A stretch of 64,000 bases of DNA. Source: Epithemia pelagica (Eukaryota > Protista > Bacillariophyta). Of this stretch, positions 31,441-44,930 are shown piece by piece. The stretch covers positions 558,001 to 622,000 of the forward strand of contig OX337237.1 of the NCBI GenBank assembly GCA_946965045.2. Direction: 5' to 3'. The notes beneath the pieces are model-generated. The model had not been told where the DNA came from and made no database searches. It saw nothing but the letters and a program-made list of their open reading frames with translations. How positions within the stretch are numbered: the first letter of the stretch is position 1; every line of letters begins with the position of its first letter. Made by a program: the position numbers and the translations under genes.

Positions 31441-33944
31441 TAATGCTTTACTGCGGAACCTTTCAAAGGCTTACGTAGCAACCACTGCTGAAAAACCTGG
31501 AACGAAAGAAGCCAATGCTAGCAAATCACCGAAGGTTCCGAAGAATAACGAAACCCTCAAATACTACTACGATGAAAACGGTGGAAAAAGGATAACCTTA
31601 CGGATGGTCAAGAGAGGAACTTAAATGTCAGTTTGGGATACCGAATTGGGGATCTCAAAGAAGACAGTAATCGAGTCAATTTAATTCAAGAGGAGTTGAA
31701 GATCGACTTGCCTCACTTTTTAAAGACTGGCGAAGAAGTCCATCGTCAATCCGTCCCCTTGGACTCTTTGAGAATGGCTCCCTATGACTTTGGATTCAAC
31801 CTGCGCCTTGCGCACGACGAGGACCTGAAACTTTTCTTGCAAGAATTGAACAAGGTGAGACAATGGCACAAGGATGCCAAAATCCGTGATACATATCTTT
31901 CACCGACCTTGACAAAAGTGCAATCTAGTGGAACGGGCAAATCGAGACTGATCACGGAGGCAAAGAAACAACTTGAGACAAATAAGATTGCATGCCGAAC
32001 TATTTTACTATCATCGAAGGACCACGCCAACCTTGAAAAAGATACATTTGATACCTCTTACTGCATTCCTGACACCCTGCCTGGAGAAGATGGTTTGAAT
32101 AAAGCACGAGATATGTTTCGCAATATGATTTTCCATCAATGCGCCGAGGCAATTTCAAAATCAAATCCAAATGGGGAACCGAACGAAAATGATCCGACCG
32201 AGGTTATTCTGTTTTTCGACGAAGCTCAACACCTGGCAAAGCACGGCGGCTACTTGTTTCGTGTGCTGCGATGGATTCTTCGAGAGAACCCTGAAATTTC
32301 TAATAACAAGAAGAAATATCGAATTGTTGCTGTTTTGGCGGGTACAACGACGTCATTGACCAATTTTTTCCCCGAAGTTGAGGCACAGTCGTCAGACACG
32401 AGAGTTCTTAACACCGAGGGCGCATATTTCGAGAAGGGGGAAACACCGTTTGACCCGTTCTTCATGTTCCGAACGATGGGATGTCTTGCAAACCACCCCG
32501 ACGTTAGGACTCCTCAAAGCATGAGTGAAAGTGAATACGACAATATGATTCGATATGGTCGTCCCTTGTTCGCAGCAATGCACAAGGAGAAAAGGTTGGG
32601 CAATAACGAGATCTTTGAAATTGCCAACAAGATTATCCTGGGAGATATGACAATGCCTCTGGCGTCTTGTCTCAGTGTACTGGGAACTCGTATCCAGATG
32701 GGACAGACATCTGTTGCCATGGTGTCAAGACTAGTCTCGAAAGGCTACGCTCACTTGACATCGTTTCAGCAGGCACCAAAGCGGTCTGACGTACCGTCTA
32801 AGGCAACATTTACGTTCTTGCCAGACCCTGTTTGCGCCCGGATCTGTATGGCACTCATGGACAAGGACTTTGCGGACGGAATGGGAGACCACGTACGCTT
32901 GACGCGACTATCACTGGGAACAAGAAGACCTTTTGGTCCGCTAAGATGGGCGAGCTTTTTTCGAACAGTATATGCGAGGCCAACAAGGGGGACTACGGCG
33001 AAGTGGCATCGGCTTTGTTCTTATTGTTTTGCGGAGACATTCTTCGCAAGAAGGCAGACCCTGACTACAAGACATTCTCAGTTGCCCTGGATCTATATCT
33101 TGAACAGATTGCAAGAAATGACAATGCTACTGAGGATGATGACCCGACGAACGTAGAATCAGGCCATGCGATATCAAATTGTCACGTGAATTTCATACAG
33201 TTGTTTCAATATAGATTCCACGTTGCATTGTCCGATCTTGGGCGGTCGGAATTTCTTGAGGGTTTGTACAACAAGGCTTGCGCAATATACTGTCCAAACA
33301 ACCGGGAAGCAGCAGATTTGGTGGTTCCCTGCCGATCAATGGCATTGTCAGGAAGGGTTGAGTACATTCCCATCTTTGTGAGTGTCAAGAACCAAGCTAG
33401 CGTGTCTCCCGCGAAGGCGAACGGCTTCCTGTCTGAATCATTGAAGAAACTTCACTCAGCCGGTATCACAAAAGGTTTGTTGCTCATGTGTCTCGTTGGA
33501 CAAGATCGGGAGGATTTGGGACGGTCAGACTATAACAATGTTCTCGGCAAGGAGAGAACCGATAGCTTGTCCTCATTGAAGTTGGACGATGAGCTAAAGA
33601 AAGCCGTATGTAGCAACGTTGACAATTTGAGAGAAAAGCTGGTTCCCAAGATGTTTTGCATTCATAAAGACGAATTTGGTATCTATGAGGCTGTTATGGC
33701 TTCCAAGTCGCAGAAAGCGTTTCAACGAGCCGATGTGTTTACAATGCACCATGAGCTTTTGCATGAGGAACAAAAAGAAAGTGACAAGAACACCCAGTTG
33801 CCGTCCTTTGTATCCTCGTTTAGGAAAGAGCCGAGGGATTTGTATAAGAAAACGTTGGGTTGCGTGAGTAAGTATGCCACGAGACTGACTGATGTGAAGG
33901 AATCCAAGCTAGAGAAGTCTCTAGAGGATGAAGCAAAAGACTAA
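31441..33944 (+). pseudogene. Crinkler/RHS-like copy C, paralogue of protein A; lacks exon 1 and has two frameshifts
   Basis: Near-identical to 20173-22688. It begins abruptly at TAATGCTTTA, has a frameshift near 31575 and a 10-bp deletion (TATCCAAGGT) near 32873 that splits ORFs 31633-33156 and 32832-33944. Confidence 0.88.
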
Positions 33945-34642
33945 GTAGAGTATTATCGCTGAGATTTTGTCTTTATTTTTCGTGAAGTGACATTTAGTGA
34001 GTTTTATCCCGCATAGGTGTCACTTGGGATGGACGAGGCGCACATCGCGCAATTGCTTGGTGAGGCCGCCCCGCAGCTGACACGAAGCGTCTCTCATGCT
34101 GTCGGAATCTGGTGGTACCTGCGAACGACAATTGTCACGGTCTATTCATTTTTTATATATTCGTATCCCAGGCTTTTTTCTAGAATAGAGAGAGTTATCG
34201 GTATGCATCAGCGCAACCCCAACGATATGTGCCGGTCATTGGGCTTTTGCAAGAAATCTCATTCATGAACGACATGACGAACGAACGAGATCCCAACAGG
34301 TGATTTCACATTGGACATGAGTGGTGGGCGTTACAATAAAATAATACTCATTGTGTCCACCCAAACGGTGAGAAATAGAGTAGGTAGATGGGATAATACA
34401 AGACACAATCACTGGCTGTTAAATGATTTGGATCCATGGTACGACATGGTTGTTCGCCCTGTGTGATTGTTTCCGTTGTTCCACGCACACAAGTCGTGAC
34501 GTTCTCTCTGCATCCAATCCTTGAATGAACGAGAAAGGATCGCTGTCTCGACATTTTCGTTTTCTGATTCGACAGGCGAGCACCAATCGAATGCTGGTTC
34601 AGCATTGAATGGAGGGAATGTAGTTGCGTCTCTCCCTTGGAC

Positions 34643-36588
34643 TCATCGGCGAATTTGGTAATAATCGTCGTCGTCATCCTCGTCATAGTCGTCGTCATAG
34701 TCATCGTCGTAATCATCCAATCGACTCATTTCATCCAATTCGTCCACCAAGAGAATGGTATCGTCGTCATCATCATCATCATCATCGTCGTCGCTTTCAT
34801 CGACAATTTGAATTTGCAAATCATCGCGTTTTTCCAATTCCAACTGCGAGATTTGATGCATTTCACCCCCACACAATTCCAAGACTTCATGCCACAATGG
34901 TTTGGGCAAGCTAATGCATTGTTTCAAGGCCAAACTTCGGGCACAGGCAATGGGTTGATACTTGCCCAAGACGAGACACGTCAAGTCCAATTCGGCCGCT
35001 TCCTCATAACAGTGTTGTCCCACAAAGAAGCGAAATTCCAAGGGTTTGTAGTCTCCCCGTAAGACCCCGTCCACGGCTGCGGCCAAGCCACCCCGATAAA
35101 TCCCCGTATTGGGCGCAATTTCGTACGATCCCGGCAATCCGGCAATGCCATGAATCAATTCGGCCGGCTGATCTTGATGGTCTGGGCCTGGGATATTCAC
35201 AAGTATACGAAATAATAAAACAGTGTCAGAACGAGATTCTCTCGACAAAGTGGGCGCACAAAAACTTTGGACCATACCTCCAATATACAACGCACATTCC
35301 GAGCCAAAGGCTCGCATGAATCGATTAAGATCGGGTCGACTGTTTCTCGTCGAATTGATGCTGCTGCTGCTGCTTTGGGAACGATTGCGCGCGACACCGC
35401 CAAACAAGACCAATTGGGCCAAACTTTCCGTCAATTTCATGGCCATGGGTCGATTCATGACCAAGGTAATGGCCGGTGACGATGACGGTTCCTCGTCGTC
35501 GTCCAAGGACCGGTCGAGGACATTCGACGACAACGGTTTCGGTGGGGCCACCGTGTGGCGGCGTGGCGTCGTTTCGGGTTTTTCCAAGACCAAACACACT
35601 TCTTGCCAGGTTTCTTGATGGTCCAAAAACAATTGCAGCATTTCCGCCATGTTTTCATCGAGCGACGTGGCATCAATTTGACCATTGGCTGCCGCTTCTT
35701 CCGTCAGGTACTGCAAATCTTGGGCAATCAAGGCCGAGGCACGATGATACCACACTTCCATGCTCGATTCGTCGTCGTCCGGTTTGTCTTGGTATTGGAG
35801 TTTGAGGCGAGACCCCGTGACGCTGTGTTTGTGATTGCGTTGGAGTTCCACTTCCAAGGGCATGCGAACCACCAGTCCACCAACCTCCGGCTGTTTCGCA
35901 AATAAAGAAAACAACAAGACAAACAAGCAAGCAAGCAATACTACGTGAGCCATCCAATACAACAGCACCATTGCCCCAAATGGATTACACAGTCCAGAAC
36001 TCTGGTAGGAGAGTGCCGTTTCCTTGGTGGTCCTCTTCTCGTTCTCGTGCTTACCACAGCGGTGGGGTGGGCCCAGACCGAAGCTTCAAATTCGTCATGC
36101 AATCGTTGATTTTGACTTTGCAACAATTCCTTATTTTCCGATGATACGGACGGAGGTCGTTCTTGCTGTTGCTCGTCCTTGTTCTTATTGTTGTTGTTTT
36201 CTTGCGCCAAGTTGCGCCGAAAGGCCCGCCAGTCCATTTGCGAGGTGGCCAACAAGACGGTATCAAATTCGTCATCGTCGTCATCGTCGTCGTCATCTTC
36301 ATCTTCCTCTGCATCTTCATTTCGATTTGTCTTTTTCGGGTTCTCGTCGTCATTGTATCCTTCGAAATCATTGTAAAAGGTTGGAGACTGCGCCAACGCG
36401 AATCTTCGTTTGGGTCTCGTGGCGGCGGGAGGAGGACCAGATGGTCGAATCTCAACTGCAACAGGGCTCGTACTCGAACGAGTCATGAGGGATATTCGGG
36501 GAATAGTGGTAAAGGCTGCTGCCACGTTCATGGAAACACAAGCCATCCAGGCCAACCACGACAAGGAGAATATGGAATAATACTTCAT
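34643..36588 (-). CDS. Plastid-targeted DUF179 (YqgE/AlgH-like) protein, 593 aa; exons 36588-36055 and 35890-34643
   Basis: Signal peptide MKYYSIF...VAAA-F followed by a Ser/Thr/Arg-rich transit peptide. DWRAFRRNL, WAHP|PEVG across a GTAAG..CAG intron of 164 bp, MNRP, LYIGG, FRFFVG and LWHEVLELCGG match plant/algal DUF179 proteins. Confidence 0.85.
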
Positions 36589-39500
36589 GGAAGCAACTTT
36601 TGTACCGATTCGAAATGTCCAAGGAAGCGAAACCTCTGAATGGTATCGTTGTCTCTCCTCAATGGCACAACCAGTCAATCAAATCAATCACTGCAGTCGT
36701 TCTGTTGCAAGTACTCGGTGTGAAGGTCGTTCTTGGCACTGCGTTGCTGTTTGAAACAAAAGAGGAATGTGTCTGATTTCTAGTAGAGTGCTGACCAAAG
36801 CGCGCTATATACAGAGAGGTATCCATTTACACGACGAATCTTCATTCTCGCCGTCTCGAAACAACCGAGAATGGGTGATCAACGTTGACTTGCACCACGT
36901 CATTGAGGATGGAGTGTGCTATGTGCTGCGCAAAACTGCCCCGGGGGTTGTCGCCCCTTTTCTCCTGGATGACAGGGGGTGATGCGAAACGAAAGAGGGG
37001 AGAACATTGAGTCGCCTCTACAGTCGTTCAAATTCAGACGCGATTAGGTCGCTTTTCAAAAGCGAACAAATCCCTACCAAAATCAGAACTCCTAAGGCTG
37101 GTATCGTATGGGGGACAAGAACCGTACGATTCGAAACAGAATTCGTTTTGGGGGAGAAGCAAAGGAAACTTGGTTTGTCCCAACAAGATGTAAAACAATT
37201 ATTATATCAATTAGGACCAATCGCGTCGAATTGATAGTCGTAAGATCACCTGGAACAAAGCCCAAAGACACCAAATAGGAAAAAGATGCAGACACTCAAG
37301 AGGCCAGGGTGATCTTTGTGTCTCTCATGACCGCGACCCTCTGGTCGTGGTCTTCGGTTGCTTCGTTGCGATTGGCCAGAAGGCAACGAATGCAACCATC
37401 GACCCACCAAAACCAAACGTTCCACAGTTGTTCTCCTCCCAACAATCGAGACACACTCGAGACGTAAAAATCCAAAGAAAAAGGAGGTACACGCCGTACG
37501 CCGTACGATTCGTAATTCGTACTGTTGGGAGTCAGCCAAACGGAATCCGGTTTTGTGTTTTCTCCGACCCGAGTCATCCTCATTTTGCTTCTTCGACCTT
37601 CTCTTCCTTGCAACCACAGCGCTCTCACAAAGAAGACACTGTGTTTTCTAAACTCGGAAGCAGGAGAGATGTCGCTGTACTAAATGTCCAGAGACACCTA
37701 TAATTAGTTCCATTTACCATTCGACCCCATTTTGGAGCCAAATTCATGCAAATCACAAGAAATAGGGGCAAAAAGGACCATTCGGGCCCTTTGACTCACA
37801 AAACAACCACTATGAAAAATCAAGGTCATCTCTTCTGCATTTTGCTTCATGGATCCAGATTCGGGACAATTTCTCCCTCCTTCTGACATCAACATTGCAA
37901 TTTTCGTGCACTTCGATCATCCTCTTGCTGAAATGCGAATCATTGAACGCAACGAGAGTTTTCATCTTTGCCATAATGGCCACAATTTCCTTGAATGATG
38001 GCATATCTGACGAAAAGTAGAGTGGCCAGAAGTCGTTGCTCGAAATCGTGTGTTCAGAAAATTCCAAGCCCTTGACAAAATCTCAAAAAAGCAAAAATCA
38101 AGGGATTTTCACGACCATCAGGTCAAGAGCAATATGCAAACCTTGAGGAACAAAGGGAAGAAATCCAACATGGCAGGACACGAGTCCTCAACACAGTTAG
38201 TCAGAGGATTCCTTTTCTGCATCAGCTTGTACCAAAGACTGAAGTACATGTAATATCAAAGAGACCACCTTCGACGATGAAGATGGAATATTGTGAAGCC
38301 ACCGAGGCCAACAGAGCATCAACAATGGCTGTGTCCTCACGGCAGAAGACCTTAAGCTGCCATCTTCCTTCGTAGAATCAGCTCTGCTCAAAACGACAAA
38401 ATGTCCAATTGCAACCAGCTGGAGAAATACCGAAGACTTTTCCCAACAAATTTGCTTGCAGGGTCACAAAAACCTTCTGACTCTATCAACACGCCATTCG
38501 TCATGTGGCAGAAAACAAACTTGGGACTCTATATTCCGAAACAAGCTCCATGATCCAGTCTCATTCTTGTCCCCTTGTCCCCGTCATAGACGGGGATGCT
38601 TAACCGCAGTATGAAGGACAATCTTCTTCTGAGCGATCTCTGGAGCACTCATCGGGGCATACCATGTGTCGTGGCCTTCTATAGCTTCCATCTTATTCCA
38701 TTCCATTCTTGCCTATCCAAAGCCCATCGGATTTGCTTCTCAAACAGAAGCCTTGTAAGGTCATAGCATTCTAGTCGTCCCATCAATCGGGCGAGACATA
38801 CATGCAAGCAATGACCATAGACCTTAGCAATGAGGGCAAGGAACATAGCCCCTTTGACATAACAAACATTCCTTGGCACCACCATCTGTCGAGCATTCAC
38901 AACAATGGCCAGCACTTGAAAAACACGGACTCAAGCAAAACCATGATGCGCACCGATTGGAACACAAAATCAGTGCTCGTGCGAAAAGGCTCAACCCATA
39001 GGGGCAAATCTGTCAACCATAGACAGAGTTCCACAAGACAGACTCGAGTGACTTGTGTAATCAAAGGGGAAGTCATTTGACTTTGCCAACACAGTGGGAA
39101 ACCAACGACTGACTGCAAGAAGCAATGTCAGCACGCAAAGCATAGCATGACAGACAAACCAACAACCGCACACCGCGAGAAGGCAAATGCGTAAAACACA
39201 TCATCAGTCCCCTTTCAAATGTGGGTCCTCCAATTTATCTCGGCCATCAAGTTACAGTTCTTCATGCAACATGGTCTGAATGGCTACCGTATTGGGGCTC
39301 CGCATCAATCATGATTGGGGCTCCGCATCAATCAACCTTATAACTGCAAATTGCCGGTCGAATATCCACGTCATGGATTCCAAGGCAATTTCATTGGGTC
39401 ATGGTTTAGGGGCTATAGGACAAGTCCCCTCTCGATGATGGGTGCTCTGTGCCGCGTCAATATAGAGAGCAACAAGACAGAACGAGGCCCATCAACATCG

Positions 39501-41298
39501 TGATTCGATTTCCAGAGCATCCAGAGCACCAAGGTACTTGGCCATACGAATAGCACCCAACAATTTCGTTGACAAAGGCCGACTCCACACAAATCTTGGC
39601 AATATTTAATTTCTTGTGATCATCCACATAGCAGCGGAGTCCTGACAGACAGGCAAAAGCAGCATATGAACTCAACGAACAGCTTAGGATTCGGAGCCCA
39701 TAGCAAAAGCGATCAACAATACTCAGCCCAACGATGCTGATACTGTCCTCAGCACTCCACAAGGCCTCTTCACGAGCTCACTGAGCTAAGAGCATGACAT
39801 AGAGCAAGCCACCGACTCGTCATAAGCTGTCATTTACGGCCAAGACAAGGACAGCGTCAATGAAAGGGTTACTCTGGTGGGGATTCACCCTGCCCCCACA
39901 AGAGATGGCAAAAGTTCATTCAAACGACTCTCATAACATATGACAACCACGTCGCCATAATATTGATGGTAAACCAACTCTCATGGACTTCACCAGCACA
40001 AAATAGACCAATCTTGCCACCATTATAATTTGATGGCCGTTGTACGCAACAACAGAAAAGATATACCAAATATCAAGTTTGACTGCTTCTTTCATTTCGG
40101 AGCAATGTCAAAAATTCATGGCAGAAGAAACGGGCATGATCGTCGCCATAAAACAACACCAGGCTCATGATCTTATACTCAGCATGCAAACTGCCCAACG
40201 AGCAGAATCTTGTCTTCAATTCTTGTTGTCTGTCTATCTCATAGACGGTGCATGATACAGGCACCCAATCCACGTTCAAAGCAGCAGAATCATAGGGAAT
40301 TGCCATCCATGGCACGATCAAACTCAGAACGCTGTGTGATCTCAAGATGCAACAATCGATTGCGATTGCAGTACAAGCACAATGCGCTCTCTGCTTGCAG
40401 CGCACAGCCAATCATGGAGTAAATCATCCATGCTCAGCCCACAGAAGGGGCTTACTTACGAAAGGAGACAAAGAGTCCCCTGTCGTTGTCGACAGGCATT
40501 TGCTTACTGTCCAATTTCGTACCTCATTCATGGTACCTCTATAGCGCATACTCTTCTGCGCTTTCGTAGTGTGCGACTTCCTTTGTCAGCACCGAGTTTT
40601 CTTTGTGACTTCTGGTGTGTATGTCCGAATCATCATCGAGTTGAGCAACGGGCTCGCAATGAAGCACCGTCTGTCGAGTGATCTACATGCGGCATGTTCA
40701 ACTTGGAACTCCAACAATGTAGAAAAACGGCGTACGTCGATTAACAACCGAACGCATCCGCAGTGGGCACTCTTTCATATTCCATACCTCCCAACGGGAA
40801 GAGGCTCGGCGCGTCCGCCGTTTGCCCGAATATGTGTGCAGCAGCAGACCACACATTCCTCCTCACCACTCATCCCCCGCTGTAGGACGAGCATTACGAC
40901 TGAGGAGTTCTTGGGCGAATGAACCTTCCATGAGGACTCATCCAGATATTCTCGCGACCTTCCCAGGCTGGATATTTCGACCTTCCCAGGCCTCAACTCA
41001 TGGTGAACGCTCAGAGACTTGGGTCTGATAAACCAAATTACGACACCGATACTGGATGAAAAATCGTTCAAATCAAAGAAGTGTCTACTTTATCTACCAA
41101 CAATAGGAGCGACTGGCGAGGGGCTAACCCTAACCCTAACTCGCCGACAGATAGCTATATCGCCCAAATTCCGCCCACTATCATGACCGTAATTTGATCC
41201 GATTACCGAAAAGCAGAAGGAGTTTCAATGCTGCCTCATTTCTTCTCACAATTTTTGCACAGCGACAAACTAAAACGCACATCCACAAAAACAAAATC

Positions 41299-41976
41299 AT
41301 GAAGATCTCCATCGCCCTCATTGTATCCTTCTTCTTGTCCTCCGTCTTGATCGTCAATGCCACCTATCTTCGTCAATCTTCCGGTGTGGACCAGAAGACA
41401 CGTGTGCTAGACGACGAAGACGACGATGACGATGATGATGACAACAGCAACAACCAAGAAAGTGAAAACACGATCATCAAGAAATGCCTGGATCAAATTT
41501 ACGCATTTCGTTTCGACTATTGCGACGCCTTGCGTGGTAAAATCACTCTCGATGAGTGGAGCGAAAGGGCCGAGAACTACATTCATCCTGGAATTGTGAC
41601 ATCGGGTTTTGCCGGTCCTGGTGAAATCGTGTATTGGATTGGCAGAGAAAACTTTTTGCACAATGAGACGGGGCTCATTCCAATGCTTCAGAATACTGCC
41701 GGTGGCAGCTTTACGAGCTGCATTGTTGTCTTTTCGGGCACGATCCGGGTGGATTATTTTCCTGACGACAACAAGATCATCCTCACCACACCCAATATCA
41801 AGGCTGTTAGTTCACCTACTTCACCAGGACAAGGTAACTTGCCAGGCGCTAGCAACAAGTTTATGGAATATGAGGAAGATAATTACACTTTCGAAAAAGT
41901 GGAAGATGATTGGCTCCTCTCTACGTATGACGATCCCAACACGGTTCTCTCTCTAAAGGCCAACTCCTATCCATAA
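41299..41976 (+). CDS. Secreted protein with acidic linker and probable NTF2/SnoaL-like domain
   Basis: Hydrophobic signal peptide MKISIALIVSFFLSSVLIVNA, then YLR...RVL and poly-Asp. The fold guess rests on the helix-then-strands pattern ending YTFEKVEDDWLL. Confidence 0.7.
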   Translation: MKISIALIVSFFLSSVLIVNATYLRQSSGVDQKTRVLDDEDDDDDDDDNSNNQESENTIIKKCLDQIYAFRFDYCDALRGKITLDEWSERAENYIHPGIVTSGFAGPGEIVYWIGRENFLHNETGLIPMLQNTAGGSFTSCIVVFSGTIRVDYFPDDNKIILTTPNIKAVSSPTSPGQGNLPGASNKFMEYEEDNYTFEKVEDDWLLSTYDDPNTVLSLKANSYP

Positions 41977-43043
41977 AGCGAGAAAAGAAGAGAGCAATTG
42001 GAGGGTAGAGTCAACCTTCACATTGACTACCCTTATCAACAACAATTTTGATGTGATACAAAACTCTGTATATTTAATCTTATGATTCATAATAATCTGT
42101 TTTCTGATTATGACCTACTGTCTGGTATTACAAGTAGCTGGATGCCACTTCACAACGATACCCTGACCTCCACTCTTGACTAGGCCGGTCGAAGCATTCG
42201 AGGTGGTTTGAGCAGCATCCCTGGGAGACTCTGGATCATGAGATGCGACATCTCAACCCGTGCAACACAACAACGATGGGGGTAGTAAAAAAAATCAGAA
42301 AACATAATATATTCAAAGTTGTGGGAACACGGCCATGGAAGTGGGGATTGAGGGTCGCCCTGCGCTAGCCCAGCAGATGGCAGAGAATTCTGAAAGGGTC
42401 AACAGATGGACAGAGAATTCTGAAAGGGACTCTTTTGAAACCGACAGACGCCGCCCCTGATTTTTCGCCCCCTTTCAGAAGCGGGGATGTCACAGAAAAG
42501 AGGCCCAGATTCTTTTGTTGGGCATAAGTATGTGGTATCCATCCATTGTTGATGCGACAATTGCCAGGCATCGTTGTAACAAGCTCCAGCCACCAACAGC
42601 AGCAGCACCAACAGGCAAGTGTATCAGAAAGAAGAGAGAAAAAGGAAGACTGAGTCTTTGTCAAACCGAAGGAGCGAGAGGCACATTTTTGAAAAATAAC
42701 GTCGCACTTGTTTTGCCCCTCGGTTCGGCTTCTGGCCTCTTCCATCCATTCGATACCCAGGCATTTCTTGATTTGAGTGTGACATTGACCACGAGGAGGA
42801 ACCACCGTCTTGGACGGCACTGACAAGAGTCTCGGGAGACATTTCGACGACCAACCAAACAAAACTACGTATGCTACGTCTTCCTCTTATCGATTGATTT
42901 CTGGTCTCTCTACCTAGTTTGACGCGAGTGATTGATTGTTGATTAGATTGAACAAATTATTGGATAACAACAAGTCGGGCCTCAATCTTGACCGGGGAAA
43001 ACAACAGAGGGCAAAATTGGTATTACCAACGACGGAACGAACC

Positions 43044-44727
43044 ATGTCGTCCCAACAACGACAAGGACCCTCGGCTGGTACCGAATGGGAAGCGCTGTTA
43101 CCATCCAGCCAGGCCGATACTCTTGCAAACAACAATGCTAGTAGCAACCACCAACCGACAACTGGTCCACCCCGACGACCGCTTCCGCCCCAACGATTGG
43201 AATCGTCGTCTCCGGTTCCTTCGACACGTGCCATGGGAAGTTTGTTCAAAACCTTGTACAGTGGTCGGTGGTTTCCCGGTGCATGGGATATTCGCGATGT
43301 GCCCCATCCCAACAACCTGAATGAGCATCATCATGACGACAATGATGGAGACATGGAACATTCGTCTCATCGTCGTCGGTCGAGCAAAAGTCGTAGGCAA
43401 CGTACGACTATAACCGGTTCTCCTGGTCCTTCCTCGTCAGCATCCTTGTCGAGTACGATTCGTATTCGACAAGGTCGGAGTTGGCGGCGGCGCATTTTTT
43501 TGCTCGTGACGGAACCGGATACCAGTATTTTGTCGGCCCTCTTTTTTGTCGCACTTATTGTGGCAATCATGGTCATGAATGGACTCATGATGTTGCAAAC
43601 CATGCAGTTCTTGCAATATACACCCACGACATGTGACTTTTGTCAAGTCGAATGGCCTCAACAACATCAATATGACATCAACTCTGTGGATGATGGTGTA
43701 TCGTCCTCGTGGATTCGGGATGCATCCTCCAATATTCCAGCCACTGATGATGCTACAGACAACAGACACATGGGAATTCCTTGCATCTGTCCTCCCACAC
43801 CCTATCCATGGACGGAGCGTGTTTTGAAATATTTGGTCTACTTCTTTTCGATTGAATGGATTCTTCGAGTTATCTGCTATTCCCCCGCTCCCCATGAACA
43901 AGAAGATCAAGATACCCCCCTAGGTCGGCGTCGTTCTCATCAGGATCGTCGCCGTCCTTTGGCGCCCCGCCTTGGCCAATTTCTCAATTATTTGTTTTCG
44001 TGGCAACAGATTTTGGATTTTTGGGCCACCTTTCCCTATTACATGGAGTTTTTGGGCAATTCCAATGGTCTCATGAGTTTGCGCCTGTTGCGCTTGTTTC
44101 GTGTCTTTCAATTGGTTCGATTGGGAACCTACAATGCCACCCTCACCACCCTTTTGACGGTTCTGCAGCAAGCCACATTGCATTTGAAATTGCTCGTTCT
44201 CATCTTGTTGTTTGGTGCCGCACTCTTTGGAAGTGTCATTTATTGGTTGGAACGAGGCGACTGGAAGTATTGGCCCGAAACAGAGTCCTTTCAGTTTATA
44301 CGAACCAACGAACATGGACAAGAAGAAGTTTCACCCTTTACCTCGATTCCAGCCACCTTTTATTGGTTCATGGTGACGGCCACGACGGTAGGTTATGGTG
44401 ACGTCTATCCCACCTCCAATGTCGGGCGATGGGTTGGCGTCATGGCCATGTTGTCCGGAGTCTTGGTCGTGGCCTTTCCCGTAGGTGTCTTTTCCGATTT
44501 GTGGTCCAAGGAACTAACAAAGAAGGGAGCCTGGCAATCCGATAATTACGAGGACGATGAGGACGACGATGGCGACGGAGATAATGAAGACAATGGGGAT
44601 GATGGTGAGAACAGACGATTGGTCGCTCCTATTACCAATATACCTTCCAACAGATATCGAACCATGGAGGAAGAACGCAAAGCGGCTCAGAGCGTTCATT
44701 CAAACACGGCTCCTACGCTACCTCAGG

Positions 44728-44759
<32 letters not shown>

Positions 44760-44930
44760 GGAACTTGGTTGGACTCCTTTTTCTCGGGGACGGCACAATC
44801 GGCAGGTGTGATCCTGTCACGGGCCAATGTAGACACGATCATGGCTCATTTGCAATCCATACAGGAATCGCAACGCGTTATTCAACATATACTGGCACAA
44901 GCCCAAACTCAAGCAACCCAACACGAGTAA
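43044..44930 (+). CDS. Voltage-gated potassium channel (6TM, Kv-like)
   Basis: S4 LRLLRLFRVFQLVRLG, pore SIPATFYWFMVTATTVGYGDVYP, S6 GVLVVAFPV; poly-Q C-terminus. First ATG at 43044. Confidence 0.95.

Noticed and set aside
39291-39334. 21-bp direct repeat ATTGGGGCTCCGCATCAATCA, two copies
   Set aside because: A simple local tandem duplication with no further structure.
37000-41100. Possible decayed retroelement (fragments such as LYIDAA on the minus strand near 39460)
   Set aside because: Only short ORFs and no second supporting motif; no family can be assigned without a translated search.
42374-42428. ~29-bp tandem duplication CAGATGG(A)CAGAGAATTCTGAAAGGG upstream of the Kv gene
   Set aside because: Two copies only; no element boundaries or RNA-gene features recognised.
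44728-44759. CAA microsatellite
   Set aside because: Encodes an ordinary poly-Q tract typical of diatom proteins.
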